Part shown: piece by piece, positions 17,893 to 25,582 of the stretch
Position numbering within the stretch: position 1 is the stretch's first letter
Layout: every line of letters begins with the position of its first letter
Assembly: GCA_001189165.1 (NCBI GenBank)
Contig: LFCO01000003.1
Span: 1 to 48,768, forward strand
Direction of reading: 5' to 3'
Length of the DNA stretch: 48,768 bases
From: Parcubacteria bacterium C7867-005
GTDB taxonomy: Bacteria; Patescibacteriota; Minisyncoccia; Phycocordibacterales; Zambryskibacteraceae
Made by a program: the position numbers and the translations under genes
The notes under the pieces: generated by a model
Told to the model about the DNA's origin: nothing
Seen by the model: the letters and a program-made list of their open reading frames with translations, nothing else
Databases searched by the model: none

Positions 17893-17913
17893 AAACCGCC
17901 GACATGGCGGTTT
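17893..17913 (+). terminator. Hairpin terminator of cassette 1
   Basis: AAACCGCC-gacat-GGCGGTTT followed by cttatt, starting 5 nt after the TGA. Confidence 0.7.
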
Positions 17914-17915
17914 CT

Positions 17916-17923
17916 TATTATCT
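17916..17923. repeat. Right copy of the 8-bp direct repeat TATTATCT
   Basis: An exact match to 16870-16877. Confidence 0.5.
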
Positions 17924-17927
17924 TTAA

Positions 17928-17942
17928 TATCAAAATTTGATA
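17928..17942. promoter_or_regulatory. 15-nt palindrome TATCAAAaTTTGATA overlapping the promoter of the 17953 gene (possible operator)
   Basis: A perfect 7+7 inverted repeat that abuts or overlaps the TAATAT -10 box. Confidence 0.3.
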
Positions 17943-17946
17943 ATAT
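17941..17946 (+). promoter_or_regulatory. -10 box TAATAT, 6 nt upstream of ATG 17953 (leaderless-type)
   Basis: Plus strand reads TAATAT-aagtct-ATG. Confidence 0.5.
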
Positions 17947-17952
17947 AAGTCT

Positions 17953-18804
17953 ATGAAAAAAGTATTTATACATACGAATAATAAGCAGTTTGCAGGAGCG
18001 ATACTCGCCAAATACGCTATAGAAAGCAAGCTTCCCAAAGATTCTGATATAACTGTCGAGTTTATCAACGTCGATGAGATAGAGGCTTTCAAAAAATTTG
18101 CTGGCAAAGAATACATGTTCGCAGGCAAAACTCGTGTCTATAACCCAAAGGATCTCCAGTCCTTCACTCTCTCCAGGTTCATGCCACCACAACTCATGGG
18201 TTACGAAGGGACTGCTGTAGTGATCGACCCGGATATATTCGCGCTCAAAGACATCTCTCCATTGTTCAACATGGACATGACCAACAAAACACTGGCTGCA
18301 TGTAGCAAAAAAGACACGTGGGATACAAGCACCATGCTCATGGACTGTGAAAAGCTCAAGCATTGGAAAATAGAGGATATCTTAGATGGACTTGCGAACA
18401 AAAAACTTGATTATGTGTTCGACATCATGAGTCTAAAGCATGAACCCAGAGAATCTATCTTAGAACTACCGAGAATATGGAATAACTTGGACAAAATCAC
18501 CCCCGATACTTATATGGTCCACATGACCAATAGGATGACACAGCCATGGAAAACCGGCTTACCCATAGACTTCACCATAAACCCGATGCCAAAAATTTTT
18601 GGCATCATTCCTCGAGAGCCAATACACAAACTCCTCGGCAAGTATCCAACACATTACCAAAAACATCCTGACAAGAATATCGAAGGCTTTTTCTTAAACC
18701 TAGTCAAAGATGCCATCAAAAATGGTGCGATAACCAAAGAGACGATCAGCTCAGAAATAGCCAAGGGTCATGTGAGAAAGGACCTACTGTCTATTATTTC
18801 TTGA
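17953..18804 (+). CDS. Hypothetical protein (possible nucleotide-sugar transferase with a DxD-like VIDPDIF segment)
   Basis: ORF track, 283 aa. AT-rich native codon usage and glycan-locus context. The family assignment is uncertain. Confidence 0.55.
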   Translation: MKKVFIHTNNKQFAGAILAKYAIESKLPKDSDITVEFINVDEIEAFKKFAGKEYMFAGKTRVYNPKDLQSFTLSRFMPPQLMGYEGTAVVIDPDIFALKDISPLFNMDMTNKTLAACSKKDTWDTSTMLMDCEKLKHWKIEDILDGLANKKLDYVFDIMSLKHEPRESILELPRIWNNLDKITPDTYMVHMTNRMTQPWKTGLPIDFTINPMPKIFGIIPREPIHKLLGKYPTHYQKHPDKNIEGFFLNLVKDAIKNGAITKETISSEIAKGHVRKDLLSIIS

Positions 18805-19537
18805 TCTCCACAAAGAAACCGGCGGCAAACATGTTCGGCCAGATAGATTTTAGTATTGGTATCCCAACATAATAGTTTATTGTGTAGTTTTCATAGCCCT
18901 GTGCCTTGATCCACCACAACAAATCTTTCTTTGTCCAGAACCTTATATGTTCTGCTGGATGCTTAGCCCACTGCATAGGAAACTTACCAAAGAAAAATAA
19001 TCTGAATCTGTGTATGAAAAAACCAGTATTAGGGAAAGAGAACAAAACACCTTTTTTGGATTTATCATAAGCAAACCTCAACAACTCCTCAGAACCGGGA
19101 ACGTGTTCAAGTATCTCAAAGAGAATGGTGAAATCCGCTTCATGGATCTTTGAATACTCTTCTGGTTTGTTTATATCAAAAAGTTGTGTTTGTAAGCCCA
19201 TCTTCTTGGCTACTTCCAAAGCATAAACGGAACTGTCATAGGCTGTTGCTCTCTCGAGCTGGGCTTTGTTTTTGATATAAAGAAGTACTTCACCGGCACC
19301 AGATCCAATGTCGTTAACAGATCTACCTCCTGCCCCTACAATGATGTTTGAAGCTATTTCTGCCCGCTTTTCCTGCCACACACCGAGGCCACCCATGTAT
19401 TTCTCTCCTCGTTTTTCCTTCCAATACGCGTCATAGTCAAAATGTGCACCAGGAACAATCCTCTTTTGTGGGTAGACATACATACGCCTGAGCCAATCCC
19501 TGCTCATCCATAAAAAATCTTTGATCTTATTCAACAT
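18794..19537 (-). CDS. Class I SAM-dependent methyltransferase
   Basis: The track ORF starts at TTG 19573. The in-frame ATG 19537 (MLNKIKDF...) is preferred on promoter spacing. SAM motif I is VNDIGSGAGEVLLY. Confidence 0.75.
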   Translation of the reverse strand: MLNKIKDFLWMSRDWLRRMYVYPQKRIVPGAHFDYDAYWKEKRGEKYMGGLGVWQEKRAEIASNIIVGAGGRSVNDIGSGAGEVLLYIKNKAQLERATAYDSSVYALEVAKKMGLQTQLFDINKPEEYSKIHEADFTILFEILEHVPGSEELLRFAYDKSKKGVLFSFPNTGFFIHRFRLFFFGKFPMQWAKHPAEHIRFWTKKDLLWWIKAQGYENYTINYYVGIPILKSIWPNMFAAGFFVEIKK

Positions 19538-19544
19538 ATAGAAG

Positions 19545-19550
19545 AGTGTA
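19545..19550 (-). promoter_or_regulatory. -10 box TACACT, 7 nt upstream of ATG 19537 (leaderless-type)
   Basis: Minus strand reads TACACT-cttctat-ATG. Confidence 0.4.
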
Positions 19551-19587
19551 AGGCATAAGAGACCCCCTTGCAATTTTGGGCAAAAAA

Positions 19588-19593
19588 TATACT
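19588..19593 (+). promoter_or_regulatory. -10 box TATACT, 8 nt upstream of ATG 19602 (leaderless-type)
   Basis: Plus strand reads TATACT-atcgttct-ATG. Confidence 0.45.
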
Positions 19594-19601
19594 ATCGTTC
19601 T

Positions 19602-20894
19602 ATGTCAAAACAGAAAAAGGTGGTTAAAAAAGTAGCCATCGCTGAAAGAACCACCTGCCGAATATCTGGAGAAAAATTCTCCCCTCTCTTTACCTTAGGC
19701 AAGCTATACCTCTCTGATTTTATCGAAAAGCACGAGACTCCACACTACGACCCCATCGAACTAAAGATGTGCCTGGCTCCAAAATCTGGCCTAGTACAAC
19801 TCGCACACACCACCCCTGGGGATGTGATGTATAGAAAGTATTGGTACAAATCTGGTACCAACGCGACCATGACAAACGAGTTGTCGGGTATCGCTCAGAA
19901 AACACAAAGTCTGGTACATTTCAAACCAGGAGACATCTTCGTAGACATCGGATGTAATGACGGAACACTTTTTAGATTCGTAGAGAAGAAATTTATCCGT
20001 ATTGGATTCGATCCGAATAATTTCAAAGAGGAATCGATCAAACATGCAGACATCATAGTCAACAACTATTTTACCTTCAAAGAATACAGCAAAACCAAGC
20101 ATGGTAAAAAGAAAGCCAAGATTATCACTTCTATCGCGATGTTCTACGACCTAGAGAACCCGCACGCTTTCGTCAAAGACGTGAAAAACACCCTAGACAA
20201 AGATGGTCTATGGGTTATCCAGATGAGCTACCTCCCACTCATGCTCAAACAACTCGCTTTCGACAACATCTGCCACGAACACCTCAAGTACTACAGTCTA
20301 AAAACATTGAAGTATCTGCTCGAGAAAAATGGTATGAAAATTGTCGACTGCGAACTCAATGATGTAAACGGCGGAAGTTTCAGAATATACATCAGGCACA
20401 AGGATGCTAATGCTTCGACATTCGCCACTGCTCCTTATAGAGACGTAGCAGATATGCGCGTCGAATCAATCTTGAAATACGAAGAAAGCCTGAGACTCAA
20501 TGATAAAAAGATATACATAGATTTCTGGAAAAAAATACAGGCTCTCAAAAAAGAAACTGTCGACTTCATCAAAAAAGAAAAAAAGAAAGGTAAGGTTATC
20601 TGGGGATACGGGGCTTCGACGAAAGGCAACACCCTGCTCCAATGGTACGGTCTTGATAATACCCTCATAGACGGGATCGCGGAGCGATCCCCAGCTAAAT
20701 TTGGCCTCAAAACAGCTGGTACCAACATCCCTATATACTCTGAAGAAGAGATGCGCAAAGCTAAGCCAGACTACCTTTTGGTCCTACCTTGGCACTTTAT
20801 AAATGAATTCAAGGAAAGAGAAGAGAAATTCCTTGCTGGTGGTGGCAAGCTCATCGTCCCCTGCCCAAAGTTCGAGATCATCGGCAAAAACTAA
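19602..20894 (+). CDS. NDP-hexose C-methyltransferase-type SAM methyltransferase (TylCIII-like three-domain architecture)
   Basis: ORF track, 430 aa. Has an N-terminal Cys region, SAM motif VDIGCNDGTLF, and a C-terminal IWGYGASTKGNTLLQ Rossmann-like domain typical of sugar C-methyltransferases. Confidence 0.7.
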   Translation: MSKQKKVVKKVAIAERTTCRISGEKFSPLFTLGKLYLSDFIEKHETPHYDPIELKMCLAPKSGLVQLAHTTPGDVMYRKYWYKSGTNATMTNELSGIAQKTQSLVHFKPGDIFVDIGCNDGTLFRFVEKKFIRIGFDPNNFKEESIKHADIIVNNYFTFKEYSKTKHGKKKAKIITSIAMFYDLENPHAFVKDVKNTLDKDGLWVIQMSYLPLMLKQLAFDNICHEHLKYYSLKTLKYLLEKNGMKIVDCELNDVNGGSFRIYIRHKDANASTFATAPYRDVADMRVESILKYEESLRLNDKKIYIDFWKKIQALKKETVDFIKKEKKKGKVIWGYGASTKGNTLLQWYGLDNTLIDGIAERSPAKFGLKTAGTNIPIYSEEEMRKAKPDYLLVLPWHFINEFKEREEKFLAGGGKLIVPCPKFEIIGKN

Positions 20895-21910
20895 TTCTCC
20901 ACACTTAGTTCCTCGAGGTTATTTTTGATCATCATCGACACCAGAGATTCAAATGATACTGACGGTTCCCAGCCAAGATCTTGTTTTATCTTACTGATAT
21001 CCCCAACCATTTTAAATGTTTCTTTGGGTGCATAAAAATCTTTATTCACCTTCACTATCACTTTGCCACTGTCATCTACTCCGTATTCATCTATGCCCTC
21101 GCTTTTCCATGAGATGTTCAGACCAAGACACCTTGCACCCTCTTCTACGAACTCCCTCACTGTATGGAGCTTGCCTGTGGCCACTACATAGTCCTTGGGT
21201 TCTTTAGCTTGGAGCATCAGGTGTGCAGCTCGCACAAAATCCCCAGCGAAGCCCCAGTCCCTCTCCATATCCATGTTCCCTAATTCTAGTGGAGTGTCTA
21301 TCAATCCAAGCTTAATCTTGGTCATAGTCTTAGCAATCTTGCCGGTCACAAACCGATCCTCTCTACGTGGTGACTCGTGGTTAAATAAAAATCCAGAGCA
21401 CACAAAGACTCCACGCTTACGTAGTCCAACGACAAAATCGTTGTGTGCATCTATTTTTGTTTCTGCGTACACATTCCTTGGAACAAACTGTGTATCTTCG
21501 TTCTGTGGTGATACGGATGTATCAAACATCTGGGAACTCGATGCTTGGAAAAGCCTGACTTTGGGATTTACTTCGATTGCTTTATTAAAAATAAATCCAA
21601 CTGCATCGTGGTTTATCTTCTTGGTTTCCTCTGGATTTTTGTTCGCCGTACCCAAATCTGATATAGCTGCGAAGTTGTAAATTTCATCAAACACAGTTTG
21701 TTCCAAAACCCTATCGACAAACATCTGGTCCTTTATATCTCCATAATGGATCGTAGTAAGGGACTCGATAGATTCTGCCAATTTACCCTGATGTTTCTCT
21801 CTGCTAATGCCATGAACCTCATACCCAAGACCGAGTAGGTATTCAGCCATATAAGAACCATCTTGGCCAAATATCCCTGTCACCAAGGCTATTTTCTTAG
21901 TGTCCTTCAT
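20891..21910 (-). CDS. GDP-mannose 4,6-dehydratase-family SDR (divergent paralog)
   Basis: ORF track, 339 aa. Has IALVTGIFGQDGSYMAEYLL, the YAETK catalytic pair and NHESPRR. Confidence 0.75.
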   Translation of the reverse strand: MKDTKKIALVTGIFGQDGSYMAEYLLGLGYEVHGISREKHQGKLAESIESLTTIHYGDIKDQMFVDRVLEQTVFDEIYNFAAISDLGTANKNPEETKKINHDAVGFIFNKAIEVNPKVRLFQASSSQMFDTSVSPQNEDTQFVPRNVYAETKIDAHNDFVVGLRKRGVFVCSGFLFNHESPRREDRFVTGKIAKTMTKIKLGLIDTPLELGNMDMERDWGFAGDFVRAAHLMLQAKEPKDYVVATGKLHTVREFVEEGARCLGLNISWKSEGIDEYGVDDSGKVIVKVNKDFYAPKETFKMVGDISKIKQDLGWEPSVSFESLVSMMIKNNLEELSVEN

Positions 21911-22298
21911 AGGATTTCTCCTCTATTATCTCTGACTTGGCGAGGGCGTTTATCTGTTTCTTGATAGCGAACCGCTCATCGTTTTTGGTGTGTATCACTC
22001 TATAATGAACAAAATCATCTTCTGTACAAGTGCTTTTCCTCTCACACTCATGAATCTTATCTGACAAATCCCAAATCTCTTGGTTCACTGCCTTTAGCTT
22101 ATTTAATGTTTCGAGGAGTTCATCAGTCTGAGGTATTGCTTGTGCAAATACTTTCATCAATAGATCCTTTTCTGTATCAACATTTTTCTTTTTTTGCATA
22201 TCTTGAATATGCTCAGATTTTATCTGCAGAACAGTTATCTTGTCGGCTAGTTCGCCGGCTGATACCGGAGCGAGTAAAGTATTCTCCATGATAATCAT
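21897..22298 (-). CDS. Small conserved hypothetical protein (helical; resembles a DUF found in LPS/glycan loci)
   Basis: ORF track, 133 aa. APVSAGELADKITVLQIKSEHI... Sandwiched between the two dehydratase paralogs, and its start abuts the gmd stop. Confidence 0.5.
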   Translation of the reverse strand: MIIMENTLLAPVSAGELADKITVLQIKSEHIQDMQKKKNVDTEKDLLMKVFAQAIPQTDELLETLNKLKAVNQEIWDLSDKIHECERKSTCTEDDFVHYRVIHTKNDERFAIKKQINALAKSEIIEEKSYEGH

Positions 22299-23336
22299 CT
22301 AGTCGTCCTTATGTTCATTTGATCCAACGATAAGTTTAACATCTGCTTCAACCATCATCTTCACTAGGTCTTTGAAGGTGATTTGTGGTTTCCAGCCAAG
22401 TTTGGTTCGAGCTTTCTTTGAATCCCCAAGTAGATTATTCACTTCATTCAAACGATAATATTTCTTATCTAGTTTAACCACCACCCTACCCTTTTCGTCT
22501 TTGGCTACTTCCGAGAGGCCCTTGCCGCTCCATTTGACTGGCATGCCGAGGTATTTTGCGGTCTCGGTCACAAACTCGCGGACGGTATGACTCTCTCCAG
22601 TAGCTATGACGAAGTCTTCTGGTGTCTTTCGTTGGAGCATCATCCACATCGCTCGGACATAGTCACCGGCAAAACCCCAATCTCTCTTAGCATCGAGGTT
22701 ACCCATGGTTACCATATCTTGCAACCCGAATTTTACTTTGACCAATGAGTGGCTAACTTTCCTGGTCACAAAGTGCTTACCGCGTCGAGGAGACTCGTGG
22801 TTAAACAAAACTCCAGAGCAGATGAAGAACCCTTTTTTTCTAAACGGCACCACAACCTTCTCATGGGCGAGGAGTTTGGATTCACCATATGGACTGACTG
22901 GAGCGAACTTGCTCTTCTCACTTTGTGGCGGTTTGGTGTTACCGTACATCTCACTTGTAGAAGCTTGATAGATTTTTACTTTTGGATTCTGCTTGAAGGC
23001 TTCTGTGGCTAGGCGCTCGAGTCCGCGATAATTGATATCCATAGTCTCATCTGGACAAGTGAAAGAGATGCCGACATGGGACTGGGCCGCGAGGTTATAT
23101 ATCTCATCTGGTTTAGATATCTTTAGGGCATTCTTGATCGTCTCCTCGTCCCTCATATTGCCGTAGATGAGCTTTATTTGACCATTGCCATAGAGATCCT
23201 CAATACGAGTAAATGGGTCGGTAGAAACACGACGAAGCAGGCCATATACCCTGTAGCCCTTTTGAACCAGAAATTCTGCTAAATAAGACCCATCCTGACC
23301 AGTAATACCGGTAATTAGAGCTGTTTTTGTCGCCAT
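22299..23336 (-). CDS. gmd: GDP-mannose 4,6-dehydratase
   Basis: The track ORF starts at TTG 23360. ATG 23336 (MATKTALITGITGQDGSYLAEFL) gives the canonical N-terminus. Also has STSEMYG, YGESK and NHESPRRG. Confidence 0.9.
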   Translation of the reverse strand: MATKTALITGITGQDGSYLAEFLVQKGYRVYGLLRRVSTDPFTRIEDLYGNGQIKLIYGNMRDEETIKNALKISKPDEIYNLAAQSHVGISFTCPDETMDINYRGLERLATEAFKQNPKVKIYQASTSEMYGNTKPPQSEKSKFAPVSPYGESKLLAHEKVVVPFRKKGFFICSGVLFNHESPRRGKHFVTRKVSHSLVKVKFGLQDMVTMGNLDAKRDWGFAGDYVRAMWMMLQRKTPEDFVIATGESHTVREFVTETAKYLGMPVKWSGKGLSEVAKDEKGRVVVKLDKKYYRLNEVNNLLGDSKKARTKLGWKPQITFKDLVKMMVEADVKLIVGSNEHKDD

Positions 23337-23340
23337 ATTT

Positions 23341-24489
23341 TTATAAGTTTTTTGCCCCAATAGTATAGATTAAATCATCGATTTCTTCTAGGACTGATTT
23401 AGACGTCACTTCCTCTATCTGTCTACGAGCGTTTTTCTCATCAAAATCTTCAGGGTGGCCGGACATCTCTGCCTTACCGCGGTTTGGTGCGGAGACTATT
23501 CTATTCTTCTCTCCTTTCGGTGGATGCTCGTTTTCATCGGTTGGACCGACAACTACTAGCGTAGGGACACCGAATGCCTCAGCCATATACACAGGACCAC
23601 TGTCGTTGGCCAAGAGTAAGAATCCGTAAGATATAAAAGCTTTCATCTCATCCAGACTTGAATCTACATAGACTAGGGATTTTGTAGATTTAACAGATTC
23701 TATAAACAAATCTGTCTCTGCCCTGTCCCCGGGTCCACCAATCACAGCGATCTTTACGCCGTATTTATTGACCAGATGATCTGCTACTTCTGCGAATCTC
23801 TCTGCGGGCCATTGTTTTATCTTTGTCCCCGCACCAGGAGAAAAGATGGCAATTCTATCCTGACCAATATTCACCCCATTTTTATCAAAGAAATCTAAGA
23901 CACACTTCTTGCCCACTTCGGTAAAATAAAGATACTTCTGTGTGTCCGTAGAATAAATACCGATTGGTTCAAGTAAACGTAAATATTCTTGAGCCACATA
24001 CTTCCCTATAAAATATGGAATTTGAATACAAAGAGGTAAGAGAGCTTTGTATCCGGACGCATGCGCATCAGCATTTTCTACACTGAACATAGAAATAGAT
24101 TTAACCCCACCCAAATACATCGAAGCCAAATCGACACTACTCGAAGCAAAAGAGACACCATAATCCGCTCTCACATTTCGTATTAATGATACCAGCGACC
24201 TAACCCTGTCCGGGCATATGATGTACTCATCTATGTCAGGATTCGCCTCCAAGATAATTTTATTCTTGCCCACACCAATGACTGTGAGGTGACAGTTTGG
24301 ATACTCTTTCTTCAGCGCACGAAAAACAGGAGTAGCAAAAATCATATCCCCAATATTTTTAGTGAGGTAAAGCGCCACAACCCTCTTGGGTGGTGTTTTG
24401 AGTTTCTTATTCGCTCCGCCTCTTACCAATAAATAGAGGTAACACAGCACAGTGAGGACAATATTCTTACCTCGAGTATAGGTGATCAT
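23341..24489 (-). CDS. Glycosyltransferase family 9 (heptosyltransferase-like)
   Basis: ORF track, 382 aa. KNIGDMIFATPVFRALKKEYPNCHLTVI is a typical GT9 N-terminus, and there is a C-terminal GPVYMAEAFGVPTLVV. Confidence 0.75.
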   Translation of the reverse strand: MITYTRGKNIVLTVLCYLYLLVRGGANKKLKTPPKRVVALYLTKNIGDMIFATPVFRALKKEYPNCHLTVIGVGKNKIILEANPDIDEYIICPDRVRSLVSLIRNVRADYGVSFASSSVDLASMYLGGVKSISMFSVENADAHASGYKALLPLCIQIPYFIGKYVAQEYLRLLEPIGIYSTDTQKYLYFTEVGKKCVLDFFDKNGVNIGQDRIAIFSPGAGTKIKQWPAERFAEVADHLVNKYGVKIAVIGGPGDRAETDLFIESVKSTKSLVYVDSSLDEMKAFISYGFLLLANDSGPVYMAEAFGVPTLVVVGPTDENEHPPKGEKNRIVSAPNRGKAEMSGHPEDFDEKNARRQIEEVTSKSVLEEIDDLIYTIGAKNL

Positions 24490-25556
24490 AGGGACTCAAT
24501 TGTATCAATAAACTCATCTGCCATCTTGGTCCAGGAAAATCTCTTGGTGTTTTCATAACCTTTTTTTATCAAACCCTCTCTTACACTTAGATCTGTCATT
24601 TTACTAATCGCTTGGCCAATTTCTTCATATGAATATGGATTGACGAGCAGAGCCCCGTCCCCCGCCACCTCTACAAGAGAACTAATATTCGAAGTGATCA
24701 CCGGCAAACCACAATCCATAGCCTCGGCGACGGGCAAACCGAATCCTTCAAGAATAGATGGATAAATCAAGGCCACTGCATTCTGATAAAGAAATTTAAG
24801 TTCCCCATCACTAATATGTCCAAGGAAAATAACTTTGCTTTTTAACTCTTCGTTCACTTTCATATAATCGACCAAAGTATTGTAGTAAGGATTAGCTTTG
24901 GAGTATTTTCCTGCAATGATCAGGTTATATTTACCATCACTTTGTCCCTTCAAAAAATGTTCGAAGCCCTTGATGATATTCAAAACATTCTTTCTTTCCT
25001 TCAACGTCCCAACAAACAAAAAGAAAGGGTTCGGCAATATGTCTGTTTTTTCTTCTTTTACCTTAGACAGTGAGTTAAAACCAGGATAGATCACCTTGAT
25101 CTTTTTTTCTGATGATGGGAAAAACTTGATCAAATCCCTCTTGGTTTCCTCAGAAATACAGATTACTTTTGTGGACGAAGCGATTGCTTTATGTGTATGA
25201 ATGTCGAGTAACCAGTTACCACCACTATATTTATAGGCAAAGTCATAAATTATAGTGACACTTTTCTTTGGCCAAAACAGCAGAGACCCAATGGGTCCAG
25301 TGAATATGTATACATCCGATTTTGGAGCAAAGAGTAGTCCTACATCTTTCCATAATTTACCCCAGCCCACTTTTATGATTTTCGCATTACCCAGCCCGTG
25401 GACCACTGATTCGAGTGACCCAGCGTTTGATTTGACATAAATGAGGTATTCGTTTTTCTTATCCGAAGAGATGAGGTTTGAAACGAGCTCGAAGAGATAC
25501 CTCTCTAAACCTGCAGGTGTCTTGGATATCTCTGTGGCGACAATCCCGATTTTCAT
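24486..25556 (-). CDS. GT4-family glycosyltransferase
   Basis: ORF track, 356 aa. PSILEGFGLPVAEAM is the EX7E-type GT4 signature. Confidence 0.8.
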   Translation of the reverse strand: MKIGIVATEISKTPAGLERYLFELVSNLISSDKKNEYLIYVKSNAGSLESVVHGLGNAKIIKVGWGKLWKDVGLLFAPKSDVYIFTGPIGSLLFWPKKSVTIIYDFAYKYSGGNWLLDIHTHKAIASSTKVICISEETKRDLIKFFPSSEKKIKVIYPGFNSLSKVKEEKTDILPNPFFLFVGTLKERKNVLNIIKGFEHFLKGQSDGKYNLIIAGKYSKANPYYNTLVDYMKVNEELKSKVIFLGHISDGELKFLYQNAVALIYPSILEGFGLPVAEAMDCGLPVITSNISSLVEVAGDGALLVNPYSYEEIGQAISKMTDLSVREGLIKKGYENTKRFSWTKMADEFIDTIESL

Positions 25557-25582
25557 ATTATTTGCTTACTTTAGCACACCCA

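Larger units (their letters stand above)
16878..17915 (+). other. GC-rich foreign cassette 1 (SD + radical SAM/SPASM gene + terminator)
   Basis: Hand count gives 35 G+C in CDS nt 16926-16985, against 21 in 16801-16860. The composition changes abruptly on both sides. Confidence 0.75.

Noticed and set aside
17557-18363. Track ORFs 17557-17775 (+), 17561-17851 (-), 17725-18363 (-) and 17754-18128 (-), which overlap the radical SAM gene and the next gene
   Set aside because: Long spurious frames are expected in GC-rich DNA and antisense to real genes. Their translations are Arg/Ser/Cys-rich with no motifs. The radical SAM frame and the 17953-18804 frame have motifs and proper start signals.
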